From contig JAXGYI010000005.1 in NCBI GenBank assembly GCA_040772365.1, positions 5,132 to 69,131 of the forward strand: a stretch of 64,000 nt of DNA, given 5' to 3'. This stretch comes from Candidatus Moraniibacteriota bacterium. Its GTDB lineage: Bacteria > Patescibacteriota > Minisyncoccia > Moranbacterales > GCA-2747515. The notes under the pieces were generated by a model, which made no database searches, was not told the DNA's origin, and worked only from the letters and a program-made list of their open reading frames with translations. Made by a program: the position numbers and the translations under genes. Below are positions 9,511-17,946 of this stretch, piece by piece (the first letter of the stretch is position 1; the number at the start of each line of letters is the position of its first letter).

Positions 9511-9540
9511 GTCAAAACACGCCACTCCTGGGAGTGGCGT
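9511..9540 (-). terminator. Intrinsic terminator for the infC-rpmI-rplT operon, in the convergent gap with the 8449-9492 gene
   Basis: Perfect hairpin CACGCCACTCC-TG-GGAGTGGCGTG (9517-9540) followed on the minus strand by UUUUG (plus-strand AAAAC at 9512-9516). Confidence 0.6.
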
Positions 9541-9569
9541 GTCGTGATTATCGTATGTGCAAATAGAGA

Positions 9570-9914
9570 TTATTTTACAGATTTCACAAACCGTGCAAAA
9601 ACTTCCGGGTGCTCCACTGCCATTTGTGAGAGCACTTTGCGATCAATACGAATGTTTTTGGTGGCGAGGAGATTGATGAATGTGGAATACTTTGTCCCAT
9701 GCAAGCGGAGAGCATTGTTGAGGCGGATGATCCACAGGCTACGCATGGTGCGCTTCTTGGTGCGACGATCGCGACGCTTGTAGACGCCAGCTTTGATAAC
9801 TGCTTGCTTTGCTGTTGCAAAGTGTGACTTACGGCGCCAACGAAAACCCTTAGCAAGTTTCAAGAGATTTTTTCTGCGGGTATTTGCGGAGGGACCGCGT
9901 TTAACTCGTGCCAT
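9570..9914 (-). CDS. rplT: 50S ribosomal protein L20
   Basis: 114 aa: MARVKRGPSANTRRKNLLKLAKGFRWRRKSHFATAKQAV..., canonical L20. Confidence 0.9.
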   Translation of the reverse strand: MARVKRGPSANTRRKNLLKLAKGFRWRRKSHFATAKQAVIKAGVYKRRDRRTKKRTMRSLWIIRLNNALRLHGTKYSTFINLLATKNIRIDRKVLSQMAVEHPEVFARFVKSVK

Positions 9915-9961
9915 AGATGTGTGTTAATATTGCGAATAAAATCAGGAGATACGCTATTGTT

Positions 9962-10156
9962 CTAGTGCGCTAGGGTTTTGAGGACATTTTTTTCGTCTGC
10001 TTTAAAAAGACGCTTGTCACTGCGCTTGGCGCGTGTTTTGTTACCAGATTCTTTAGCATTAAAGTGATTTTGACCGGTGGAACGACGAATGACCTTACCG
10101 CCTTTTGTGACGCGCACTTTTTTAATAACAGATTTTGGTGTTTTCATTTTCGGCAT
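9962..10156 (-). CDS. rpmI: 50S ribosomal protein L35
   Basis: Canonical MPKMKTPKSVIKKVRVTKGGKV.. start. The ORF-track start four codons upstream (MSIH) is less likely. Confidence 0.85.
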   Translation of the reverse strand: MPKMKTPKSVIKKVRVTKGGKVIRRSTGQNHFNAKESGNKTRAKRSDKRLFKADEKNVLKTLAH

Positions 10157-10290
10157 ATGTATACTCACAATAACAATAAACTATATCGCACAACCTTATC
10201 GGTGCGATACGCTTCTGGACAGATTGTATAGGAAAGTGACAAAAAAGTCAAACGACGGCGCAATGTAATCACTGCGCATGTCCAAGACAT

Positions 10291-10836
10291 CTATGCGGGA
10301 GCAATCACTACGTTAAATCCGCCGGGGAATTTTTTGATTTCCTCCTCAATGCGATGCGGAATGGTGATTGCGCGCAAAAATTCTTGTAGGTTAGTTTTAG
10401 CGAGATCCTGATGTGCCTTTTCGCGTCCGCGTAGAATGATCTCAATTTTAACTTTATTGCCTTTACGTAAGAACTTCTCTGTTTGGTTTTTCTTGAACTC
10501 CAAATCATGGGCATCTGTACGAATACCCAAGCGCACACCTTTCGTCACCACAATTTTTTGCTGCGCTTTACTTTGTTTGAATTGCTTAGCCTGCGCATAC
10601 TGGAATTTCCCGTAATCAAGAATTTTACACACAGGCGGAACGGCCTTTGGAGAGACTTCTACAAGGTCGAGTCCAGCATCTTCAGCCATTGTGCGCGCTT
10701 CACGCAAGGACACCTCGCCAATAAATTCGCCATTTTCATTAATCACAACAACAGGATCAGCAAAAATTCGCCCATTGGCACGCATCTGCGGTGGGAGATT
10801 AGTTTTTTTTGGTTTATGGCGGTAGCGACGACGCAT
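10291..10836 (-). CDS. infC: Translation initiation factor IF-3
   Basis: IF-3 N- and C-domains (INENGEFIGEVSLREARTMAEDAGLDLVEVSP...; ...GVRLGIRTDAHDLEFK...). The start is placed at the internal MRRRY; IF-3 often uses atypical start codons, so the exact start is uncertain. Confidence 0.8.
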   Translation of the reverse strand: MRRRYRHKPKKTNLPPQMRANGRIFADPVVVINENGEFIGEVSLREARTMAEDAGLDLVEVSPKAVPPVCKILDYGKFQYAQAKQFKQSKAQQKIVVTKGVRLGIRTDAHDLEFKKNQTEKFLRKGNKVKIEIILRGREKAHQDLAKTNLQEFLRAITIPHRIEEEIKKFPGGFNVVIAPA

Positions 10837-10949
10837 GAGATCTGTGTGTAGGTAAATTAGCAGTAAGTAGAAGTATAGCAAAGATGGGGGAAAAAGTAAA
10901 TACTTTCTACTATTTTCTATAGCATATTATGTGCGTATTGCTGATCGTG

Positions 10950-11380
10950 TGGAGATGGTGGGAATTGCACCCACGTCCAAATCTGTGAGCCATCAATACG
11001 GTGTTATACGCATAGACGCGGCTTTCGTGCCGGTGCAAACCGGCGAAGTTCAAAAGCGAGTGGATAGCAACGCGTCATGAAAATCTCGCTTTCTATCGTC
11101 AGTGATTGAACCGAACGCGCGTGACGATGCGACGCGAGCGGCGAATCCCATGATTGACACCACGCAGTGACCTATGGGATCTCAGTCGCGTGATGGCTCA
11201 GGCGTTTAAGTTACGCGAGAGACGGTGCAAAGGACGGTGCGAAAGCGTTGGCAATCGCCGTCTTTGCTTTGCTGATGAAGTTTGCACTTATCAAACATGT
11301 ATGTACGGTTTTACGGGACGAACATACGTGCCCGGCGTAGGTATTGGCAGCCGACAAACTGTCGAAAACTAGACATCCCC
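10950..11380 (-). ncRNA. ssrA: tmRNA (ssrA)
   Basis: Minus strand. The 5' GGGGATG pairs with the 3' CATCTCC, including a G3:U70 wobble (the alanine identity element). T-arm GTGGG-TGCAATT-CCCAC and discriminator A are present; CCA is not fully encoded. The 5' region has UUCGAC. An internal tag frame GCA AAC UUC ... GCG UAA reads ANFISKAKTAIANAFAPSFAPSLA*. It lies directly beside smpB. Confidence 0.75.
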
Positions 11381-11456
11381 CGCCCACAATCATGCAGCGT
11401 ACATGGTTATGGGCGGCGTATGTCTAATTACTGCAGTGTTGTGAAGGGACGATGCA

Positions 11457-11906
11457 TTAGTGTTTGGCGCGTAGTGCGCGCGCAATGGTGCGATCTGCGT
11501 CACGCTTTTTAATGGTGTGGCGCTTGTCGTATTCCTTTTTTCCGCGCGCTAGCGCAAAAGCGACCTTGATATGCTTGCCTTTAATATAAACACGAATTGG
11601 AACCATTGTCAAGCCTGCCGTTTTGTTTTTTTCCAGGAGTGTACGGATCTCATGTTTGTTGAGTAGGAGCTTGCGACTGCGTGAGGGATCGTAATTGGGG
11701 ATTTTGCCCGCATGCGGATAGAGGGGAATCATAGCATTGGTGAGAAAAAGTTCACCGTCGGATGCCGTGACAAAGGCACCTTTGAGGGAAATGTGTCCGG
11801 TTTTGACGGATTTTACCTCGTGTCCGAAAAGCACAATGCCGGCATCATAGGTGTCTAGAAGCTCATAGTCAAATTTTGCACGCGGGTTGTGGGCAATAGT
11901 TGTCAT
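11457..11906 (-). CDS. smpB: SsrA-binding protein SmpB
   Basis: 149 aa with the SmpB hallmarks NPRAKFDYELLDTYDAGIVLFGHEVKS...KGKHIKVAFALARGKKEYDKR. Confidence 0.9.
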   Translation of the reverse strand: MTTIAHNPRAKFDYELLDTYDAGIVLFGHEVKSVKTGHISLKGAFVTASDGELFLTNAMIPLYPHAGKIPNYDPSRSRKLLLNKHEIRTLLEKNKTAGLTMVPIRVYIKGKHIKVAFALARGKKEYDKRHTIKKRDADRTIARALRAKH

Positions 11907-12252
11907 ATGTCTTTACAGTATAGCATGTTTTTAGGCGTGAGAGATGTTCCATTGTAGAGGGGAAGAGGGGATGCGTCAATGCCCTTGTGCGCCACGTGTC
12001 GGTATGCTATTCTTGCGGTAAGAAGTATGACACATATGATCAACAACGAAAACGGTACGTGGAATCTTGACCTACATGGTCTTCTACTACTCCCCACACG
12101 GGACCGTTTTGCGCTTGTTGTGTAGAGGCTGTATTCTGCAGCCGGAACTGTAGAGGAAAGAAAGCGAATCGGTCCCACGGGATCGGTTTTTTGTTTGTTA
12201 ACAATTCACTATCGCATTTAAAGCATTATTATGCAGCACGTGGAGGTGCGCC

Positions 12253-12438
12253 ATGAAACAGGGAGAAATGAGAAAGGATGATAGGGAAAGGGTTGTAATT
12301 TTCTCGTGGAAGGCGAAGGAATTACAACGGGGGATCAGCGATCCGCAACAAGAAATTTCCACATGTATGCAGAGGAAGTGGGCGCTCACAGTTGAAGAGC
12401 ATCGCAAGTGCATGAAGTCCATGCAAAGCCATGGGTGA
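12253..12438 (+). CDS. Candidate small protein (61 aa) in a self-contained promoter-SD-ORF-terminator unit; it may instead be a GGA-rich ncRNA
   Basis: Sigma70-like promoter TTCACT-16nt-TATTAT (12205-12232). Perfect SD GGAGG (12242-12246) 6 nt before the ATG at 12253. Strong terminator GCAGCATCCG-CAAGT-CGGATGCTG-UUUCUUUUU at 12464-12496. The peptide has no recognisable family. Confidence 0.3.
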   Translation: MKQGEMRKDDRERVVIFSWKAKELQRGISDPQQEISTCMQRKWALTVEEHRKCMKSMQSHG

Positions 12439-12463
12439 AAAAGAAAACAGACACAACATCGTC

Positions 12464-12496
12464 GCAGCATCCGCAAGTCGGATGCTGTTTCTTTTT
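12464..12496 (+). terminator. Rho-independent terminator
   Basis: 9-10 bp GC-rich perfect stem (GCAGCATCCG / CGGATGCTG), 5-nt loop, then TTTCTTTTT. Confidence 0.7.
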
Positions 12497-12598
12497 GCTA
12501 ATCGCAAGTGGTTTCTTCTTTACGTCACTGGACACTGTTTTGGAGGAATGAGGATGTCCATGTTTATATATGATGATTTGATGTGATGCGCAGGTCGC

Positions 12599-13732
12599 TT
12601 ACATCATCACCATGTAGTCATAGTGTACTGCTATGATATCGCTTGATTTCATACTGCGTTGTCCTGCTGTATGAAATTTAGAAAATTGTTCGACACGACG
12701 ATGTAGATCATGTGAGGAGTACTTCACTAAACCTCTGGCAAGAGTATTATTTTCAGTGTCACAGATGTCCACAACATCCTTTTCGTGAAACGTTCCTTCG
12801 ATTTGTTCAATACCGGAGAAAAGAATAGAAGCAGGCTTTTTCTTGTGTAACAAATCCGCGAGGTACGTGCTGACAACAATGCGTCCCGTTCCAACAGCAG
12901 CTGTAGCAAGCCAGTTTTTTAAACTTTTCTTTTTCCGATACTGTGAAGGAAAAAATGTGCCTATGCGTGGGGCATTGCCTGCAACCAGTGTGTAGAGAAC
13001 TTTGTCGCGGAGTCCGTTTGCGATATACATGGGAATGCCGAGGGATGTGATGAGGTCCGCAGAGAGCAGTTTACTGCGCATTCCACCTTTGCCGGCAGAC
13101 CGTGAATCGTCTACTAGGTTGAAATACTGCGATACATCCTCGATGACCGGGATCACTTTTGCGTCTCGTGTACTCGGGTCGCCGCTGTATACACCGTCAA
13201 CATTTGTGAGGATGATGAGGTGATCGGCGCCAACCATGGCGGCGACCATATAAGCCAATTGATCGTTGTCGCTGAAATCCAACTCTTCGGGCGATAGGAC
13301 ATCATTCTCGTTGATGATGGGGCATACACCGGCATCCAACAAATTTTCAACAACCGTTTTGAGACTCACATATTCTTCTTTGCCGGCGAAGTCTTTGCGT
13401 GTTGCCAGTATTTGTGCGCAGTGCGTGCCGTATTGATCAAATTCCTCTTTATAGCGTGCAATGAGAGTGGCCTGACCAATTGCGGCAAGGATCTGTTCTT
13501 TGAGAAGCTCCTTACTTTACTTCACATTTTGCGCGTTGACAACAAGCTGTGCGTCTTTATAGATTGCTCTGCCGCTTGCGACTGCACCGGACGACACAAG
13601 GACGGTTTCCACGTCAAAATCACTGCGAATAGCATGGATGTCTTTCACGAGCGACTGCATGATTGTACCGTTCAGATGTCCATCAGGCCCTGTTAATACG
13701 CGTGAGCCCACTTTGACAACAATTCTTTTCAT
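12599..13732 (-). pseudogene. proB: Glutamate 5-kinase (proB) interrupted by a single in-frame TAA
   Basis: N-terminal part MKRIVVKVGSRVLTGPDG...VLVSSGAVASGRA (ORF 13517-13846) and C-terminal part ...ILAAIGQATLIARYKEEFDQYG...PIINENDV...KGGMRSKL... plus a PUA domain (ORF 12599-13369) are in the same frame. They are separated only by a TAA at 13517-13519 (..NAQNVK*SKELLKEQ..) inside conserved sequence. Confidence 0.6.
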
Positions 13733-13881
13733 AGGAAACATGATGAATGTGTTACAGATATAATGGTGTTGTTCTATAAATACTGTCGGGATATTCAAAT
13801 AAAGTGCTTGATAACGACGAGGCACCCTATCGTCTTTCCGCACCATCGCTTGTTACGAGGTACTTATATGTTGTCAGAGAT

Positions 13882-14187
13882 TCATAGGCAAACGGACCAC
13901 GGGCATGTAGCTATCGTGGCATTATGAAAATCTTGTGGCTTGATACAAAAGAAGACTACGTCTGTTTTTTTGCACAGAACATCATATGACGGGACGGGTT
14001 TGACGAAATGATCCGTGACACGATTTTTTGTCAAGGTATAAACCTTGTGTTTTTTAGGGAGCTTTGCATGCAAAATTGTGGCAATTGCGCGCCCCATGTT
14101 GCCGTAGCTTATGATGCCAATATCGTTGAACGATGTGTGCGATGGTTGTCGTATAGCCGTGTTGGACATAGCTGTAAGATGTGTCAA
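13882..14187 (-). pseudogene. proC: Pyrroline-5-carboxylate reductase (proC) remnant: only the N-terminal ~95 aa Rossmann part remains
   Basis: IGIISYGNMGRAIATIL (GxGxxG NADP site) ... TDVVFFCIKPQDFHNA aligns with the ProC N-terminus. The ORF then terminates, and the ~170-aa catalytic/dimerisation region is absent. Confidence 0.5.
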
Positions 14188-14296
14188 TTTTGCCTAAAGT
14201 ATACAATATTGTTATACTGAACTGCAAGGAAAGCAGTGTATTTCTTTGTATGTTATGATACTTTGATCTTGTAAGCAAGAATACGTAAGTAAGAAT

Positions 14297-15856
14297 ATGG
14301 TAAAGTTGAAATCTGAAAATCATGTCAGCGGTAATCACAAAAGTGAAAAGCTTTTTGCTCCTCAGAGGGATGGTGCTTCGAAAGATGCTAGTGATGTACG
14401 GCAGATCACTAAGAGGAGTGAAGATTATTCGCGATGGTATTTAGACGTCATTGCCGCAGCAGATCTCGCTGAGAATTCCCCGGTTCGCGGATGCATGGTC
14501 ATTAAACCAAATGGCTATGCAATTTGGGAAAATATCCAAAAGATTCTTGATGCGATGTTTAAGGCGACTGGTGTGCGAAACGCCTATTTTCCACTATTTA
14601 TTCCACAAAGTTTTTTGGCGAGAGAGGCAAAGCACATTGAAGGTTTTGCCAAAGAGTGTGCAGTTGTTACGCATCATCGTTTGGAATCCACTCCGGAAGG
14701 CGTTGTGCCGGCCGGACCCCTTGAGGAGCCTCTCATTGTCCGACCCACGTCGGAGACTATTATGTATCACATGTATGCAAAATGGGTTAGCTCATATCGT
14801 GACCTTCCTATACTACTGAATCAGTGGGCGAATGTGGTCAGATGGGAAATGCGCACGCGGCCCTTTTTGCGTACAACGGAATTTTTGTGGCAGGAGGGAC
14901 ACACCGCACACGCTACCCAGGAAGAAGCCTATGACCGAACGCGTCAGATGTTGGATATCTATCAGAAATTTTGTGAGGAATATTTGGCAATCCCTACCAT
15001 CCCGGGCTTTAAATCTCCATCGGAACGTTTTGCGGGCGCTGATGAGACGATGTGCGTTGAAGCTATGATGCAGGATGGTAAGGCACTACAGGCGGGTACA
15101 TCGCATATGCTTGGGCAAAATTTTTCCAAACCGTTCAATGTCAAATTCCTTACAGAGAAGGGAACAGAGGAATTTGCGTGGCAAACAAGCTGGGGCCTTA
15201 GCACGCGCATTATCGGTGCATTAATTATGACGCATAGCGATGATACAGGGCTAGTGCTTCCGCCAAAGATTGCGCCGACACAGGTGATTATCATCCCTGT
15301 GTGGAAATCCCAAAAAGAGCATGAAGATGTGCGTGCAAAAGTTGAGGAACTGCGCACACAGTTGGATGCGGCGGGTATTAGCGTTGAGGCAGATATGCGC
15401 GATACTCGTCCGGGACCTAAATTTTTTGAGTGGGAGCGCAAGGGCGTTCCAGTACGAATAGAAATTGGACCTCGCGATATTCAAAAAAAATCCGTTGTTG
15501 TTGTGCGCCGCGATAATGGATCAAAAGAGGATGTCTCAGAATCACTACTGGTACCCGCTGTGCAAAAACAGTTGAACCTCATCCAGAAATCACTCTACGA
15601 TCGCGCTGTGAAGTTTTGTGAGGATAATATGCTGTCCGTAGATACCTGGGATGATTTTTGTGACGGGCTCAAGGGAGAGAAAACAAAATTTCTCCAAGCA
15701 CACTGGTGTAGTGAGGCATTATGTGAGGCGCAGATCAAAGATGAGACGAAGGCAACAATCCGATGTATACCATTCGATCAAATCCGCGAGGATGGACATT
15801 GCATTAAATGTCGCAAAGCATCCCATGGTAGGGTAATTTTTGCAAAAGCGTATTAG
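14297..15856 (+). CDS. proS: Prolyl-tRNA synthetase, archaeal/eukaryotic-like type
   Basis: 519 aa class-II aaRS core with no bacterial INS editing domain. C-terminal zinc-binding domain (CIPFDQIREDGHCIKCRK) and the archaeal-type terminal tyrosine (...VIFAKAY*). Confidence 0.9.
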   Translation: MVKLKSENHVSGNHKSEKLFAPQRDGASKDASDVRQITKRSEDYSRWYLDVIAAADLAENSPVRGCMVIKPNGYAIWENIQKILDAMFKATGVRNAYFPLFIPQSFLAREAKHIEGFAKECAVVTHHRLESTPEGVVPAGPLEEPLIVRPTSETIMYHMYAKWVSSYRDLPILLNQWANVVRWEMRTRPFLRTTEFLWQEGHTAHATQEEAYDRTRQMLDIYQKFCEEYLAIPTIPGFKSPSERFAGADETMCVEAMMQDGKALQAGTSHMLGQNFSKPFNVKFLTEKGTEEFAWQTSWGLSTRIIGALIMTHSDDTGLVLPPKIAPTQVIIIPVWKSQKEHEDVRAKVEELRTQLDAAGISVEADMRDTRPGPKFFEWERKGVPVRIEIGPRDIQKKSVVVVRRDNGSKEDVSESLLVPAVQKQLNLIQKSLYDRAVKFCEDNMLSVDTWDDFCDGLKGEKTKFLQAHWCSEALCEAQIKDETKATIRCIPFDQIREDGHCIKCRKASHGRVIFAKAY

Positions 15857-15981
15857 CGACACACAAAGAGATGGTGGTGATGAGGCTGCCTACAAGAATG
15901 GTGTGATGCCGCGCTGTTGCGTGAGACCATGATCTTATGCTCGAAGTGCTGTGGCGATAAAATTCATAAAATTGTGATAAA

Positions 15982-16284
15982 GTGCTGGCTATGGATCTCA
16001 CACTGACAATTCATCAGAAGACCATGCGGTTGTGTGTGGATGGCACGCGGCACTGTGTGTCGTGGGAGGACAACAATGATCTCTTGGAGAAATTTTTTCC
16101 GGCAGTAGATGATCTCTTGACGACACACGGAGCGGCACTTGCTGATGTGACGCAGGTGCATCTTGTTACGGATGTGCCGCAGGGGTATACGACGGCGCGG
16201 ATTGCGCGCGTCATCGTGCGGACATTGCGGTTTGCTCTATGCGTGGAGGGATCGGAAACAGAGGAGAAGGAAGTCCACACATGA
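15982..16284 (+). CDS. tsaB: TsaB/YeaZ-like protein, N-terminal domain only (truncated)
   Basis: MLAMDLTLTIHQKTMRLCVDG...EKFFPAVDDLLTTHGAALADVTQVHLVTDVPQGYTTARIARVIVRTLRFAL aligns with the TsaB N-terminal ~100 aa (E. coli MRILAIDTAT...[21 protein letters not shown]). The ORF ends after 100 aa. Confidence 0.5.
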   Translation: MLAMDLTLTIHQKTMRLCVDGTRHCVSWEDNNDLLEKFFPAVDDLLTTHGAALADVTQVHLVTDVPQGYTTARIARVIVRTLRFALCVEGSETEEKEVHT

Positions 16285-16441
16285 TGCCATAGCGTATGCT
16301 GTTAAAAATCCTGCTGTTGGCAGATTATCATGATCTATGCTATACTGAGTTGCAGCAACTGGCATGATGTAATACATGTTAGTTTGTTGTATACTGTGAT
16401 TAGTAAGCAGTGTCTCTCAGTTATTAGTAATTGACAATATA

Positions 16442-17602
16442 ATGCATATGACAGAAGGTGAAAAAAAGGATACAGCGGTGCCAACGCCAGATGTATCATC
16501 ACAAAAAGAAGATGAGCGTGCACGATGTAGTGGTATTGCATGCTTGAAGAACACGTGCTGTAATGGGAAAAAATCCACGTGGCTGTGGGCAGTTTTGCTT
16601 ATTTTGGCTGCGCTTGCCGTATGGGCATATGTGCACGAAGCAAAGGCGCCAGCAGCATCAGATAATGGCACGGAATCAACTGTACCATCCAAGAAGGTAT
16701 CGGGAAAGAAGGCAGATCAGATTCGTGAAAGAGTACGAGGATTGATTGATGGCAAGTTATTGCAACCCGACACGGATTTTGAAATTGGTGACGTGACAGA
16801 AGAAAGTGGATTGTATAAAATTCAGATCAAGGTTGCGGGACAAGAGGTATCATCTTATATGACGAAGGACATGGATAAATTCATTCCGGAACTGTTACTG
16901 ACAAAGCAGTTGGATGATCTTGATCCAGTAGAGGCGCCAGAACCAGCAAAAACAGAGGTGACAACAAAGACGGATAAACCGGTCGTGGAGGTGTTTGTGA
17001 TGAGTCATTGTCCATATGGCACACAAATTGAAAAGGGTATCCTCCCGGTATTTCGTGCCCTTGGCAACAAGATTGACGCACAGTTCAAGTTTGTTAATTA
17101 TGCTATGCACGAGGAAACCGAATTGGCGGAACAGCTACGCCAGTACTGCATTATGACAAAGGAGCCGCAGAAGTTCTATGATTACCTGGATTGCTTTCTC
17201 GTAAGCAGTGGTTCGGGGGAGAGCGCAACGGCGTGTATGCAAAAAACAGGTATTAACCAGCAGGTAAACGCTCAGTGTGTGCAGGCGACTGATGAACAGT
17301 ATAAGGTGATGGCGCAGTTCAAAGATAAATCAACATGGCAGGGTGGTTCTTATCCTCCGTTTGATATTCATAAAGCGGATAACGAAAAATACAATATCCA
17401 GGGATCACCGACGTTAATCATTAACGGAGAGGAAATTCAGAGTAACCGTGATAGTCAAAGTCTGCTTAATGCGATTTGTTCTGCATTTACAACTGCGCCA
17501 GAGGAGTGCCAGAAAGAGCTTCCTGCAACACAGCCGGCAGCCGGCTTTGGTACGGCGGCAGCTGCTGCTACTGGTGGCGCGATTGATAATGGATCCTGCT
17601 AA
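16442..17602 (+). CDS. Membrane-anchored DsbA/thioredoxin-like thiol:disulfide oxidoreductase
   Basis: 386 aa. Cytoplasmic N-terminal Cys cluster (CSGIACLKNTCC), a TM helix (WLWAVLLILAALAVWAYV), then a thioredoxin fold with the CPYG active site (VFVMSHCPYGTQIE) and a GSPTLIINGEE cis-Pro region. Confidence 0.6.
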   Translation: MHMTEGEKKDTAVPTPDVSSQKEDERARCSGIACLKNTCCNGKKSTWLWAVLLILAALAVWAYVHEAKAPAASDNGTESTVPSKKVSGKKADQIRERVRGLIDGKLLQPDTDFEIGDVTEESGLYKIQIKVAGQEVSSYMTKDMDKFIPELLLTKQLDDLDPVEAPEPAKTEVTTKTDKPVVEVFVMSHCPYGTQIEKGILPVFRALGNKIDAQFKFVNYAMHEETELAEQLRQYCIMTKEPQKFYDYLDCFLVSSGSGESATACMQKTGINQQVNAQCVQATDEQYKVMAQFKDKSTWQGGSYPPFDIHKADNEKYNIQGSPTLIINGEEIQSNRDSQSLLNAICSAFTTAPEECQKELPATQPAAGFGTAAAAATGGAIDNGSC

Positions 17603-17946
17603 GTAAAGGTGTATCGTACGGTGCTGTGCACACATATGCAATGAGTAGTGCGATGTGTGCACAGGCTGTGGATAACATAAAAAGCAATAGACGCAATCAT
17701 GACATTGACAGTATTGGAGGCATCTGCTATAGTCCATGTACTGAAAATAATCCACCTTACTGGTATAGAAAACTCGCGTAGTGCGATGTTTTCCGTGCCG
17801 TGTGCCTTGGATGATCATCATCGGACATTTTGTGTGCGACAATTAAATAGTTAATCATTGAAAACTCCAGCGCATGGATGTTTTGTCTTGTTTGGGAATG
17901 TGTAGATTGAAAAACAAGCACCATCACTGCCCTGGCCGGTCTTTTT

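Noticed and set aside
12168-12195. Hairpin plus GGTTTTTTG as a strong terminator
   Set aside because: The stem is only ~5 bp including a G:U. It is kept as a weak candidate 3' end for the ORF-free region, not annotated as a confident terminator.
13517-13519. Possibility that the in-frame TAA in proB reflects stop-codon reassignment (alternative genetic code)
   Set aside because: TAA terminates dxs, rpoB, hup, rplT, pilT and others exactly at conserved C-termini, and TGA/TAG also act as stops (M23 peptidase, rpoC, ftsK). So code 11 is in use, and the proB TAA is a genuine nonsense codon or a sequencing error.
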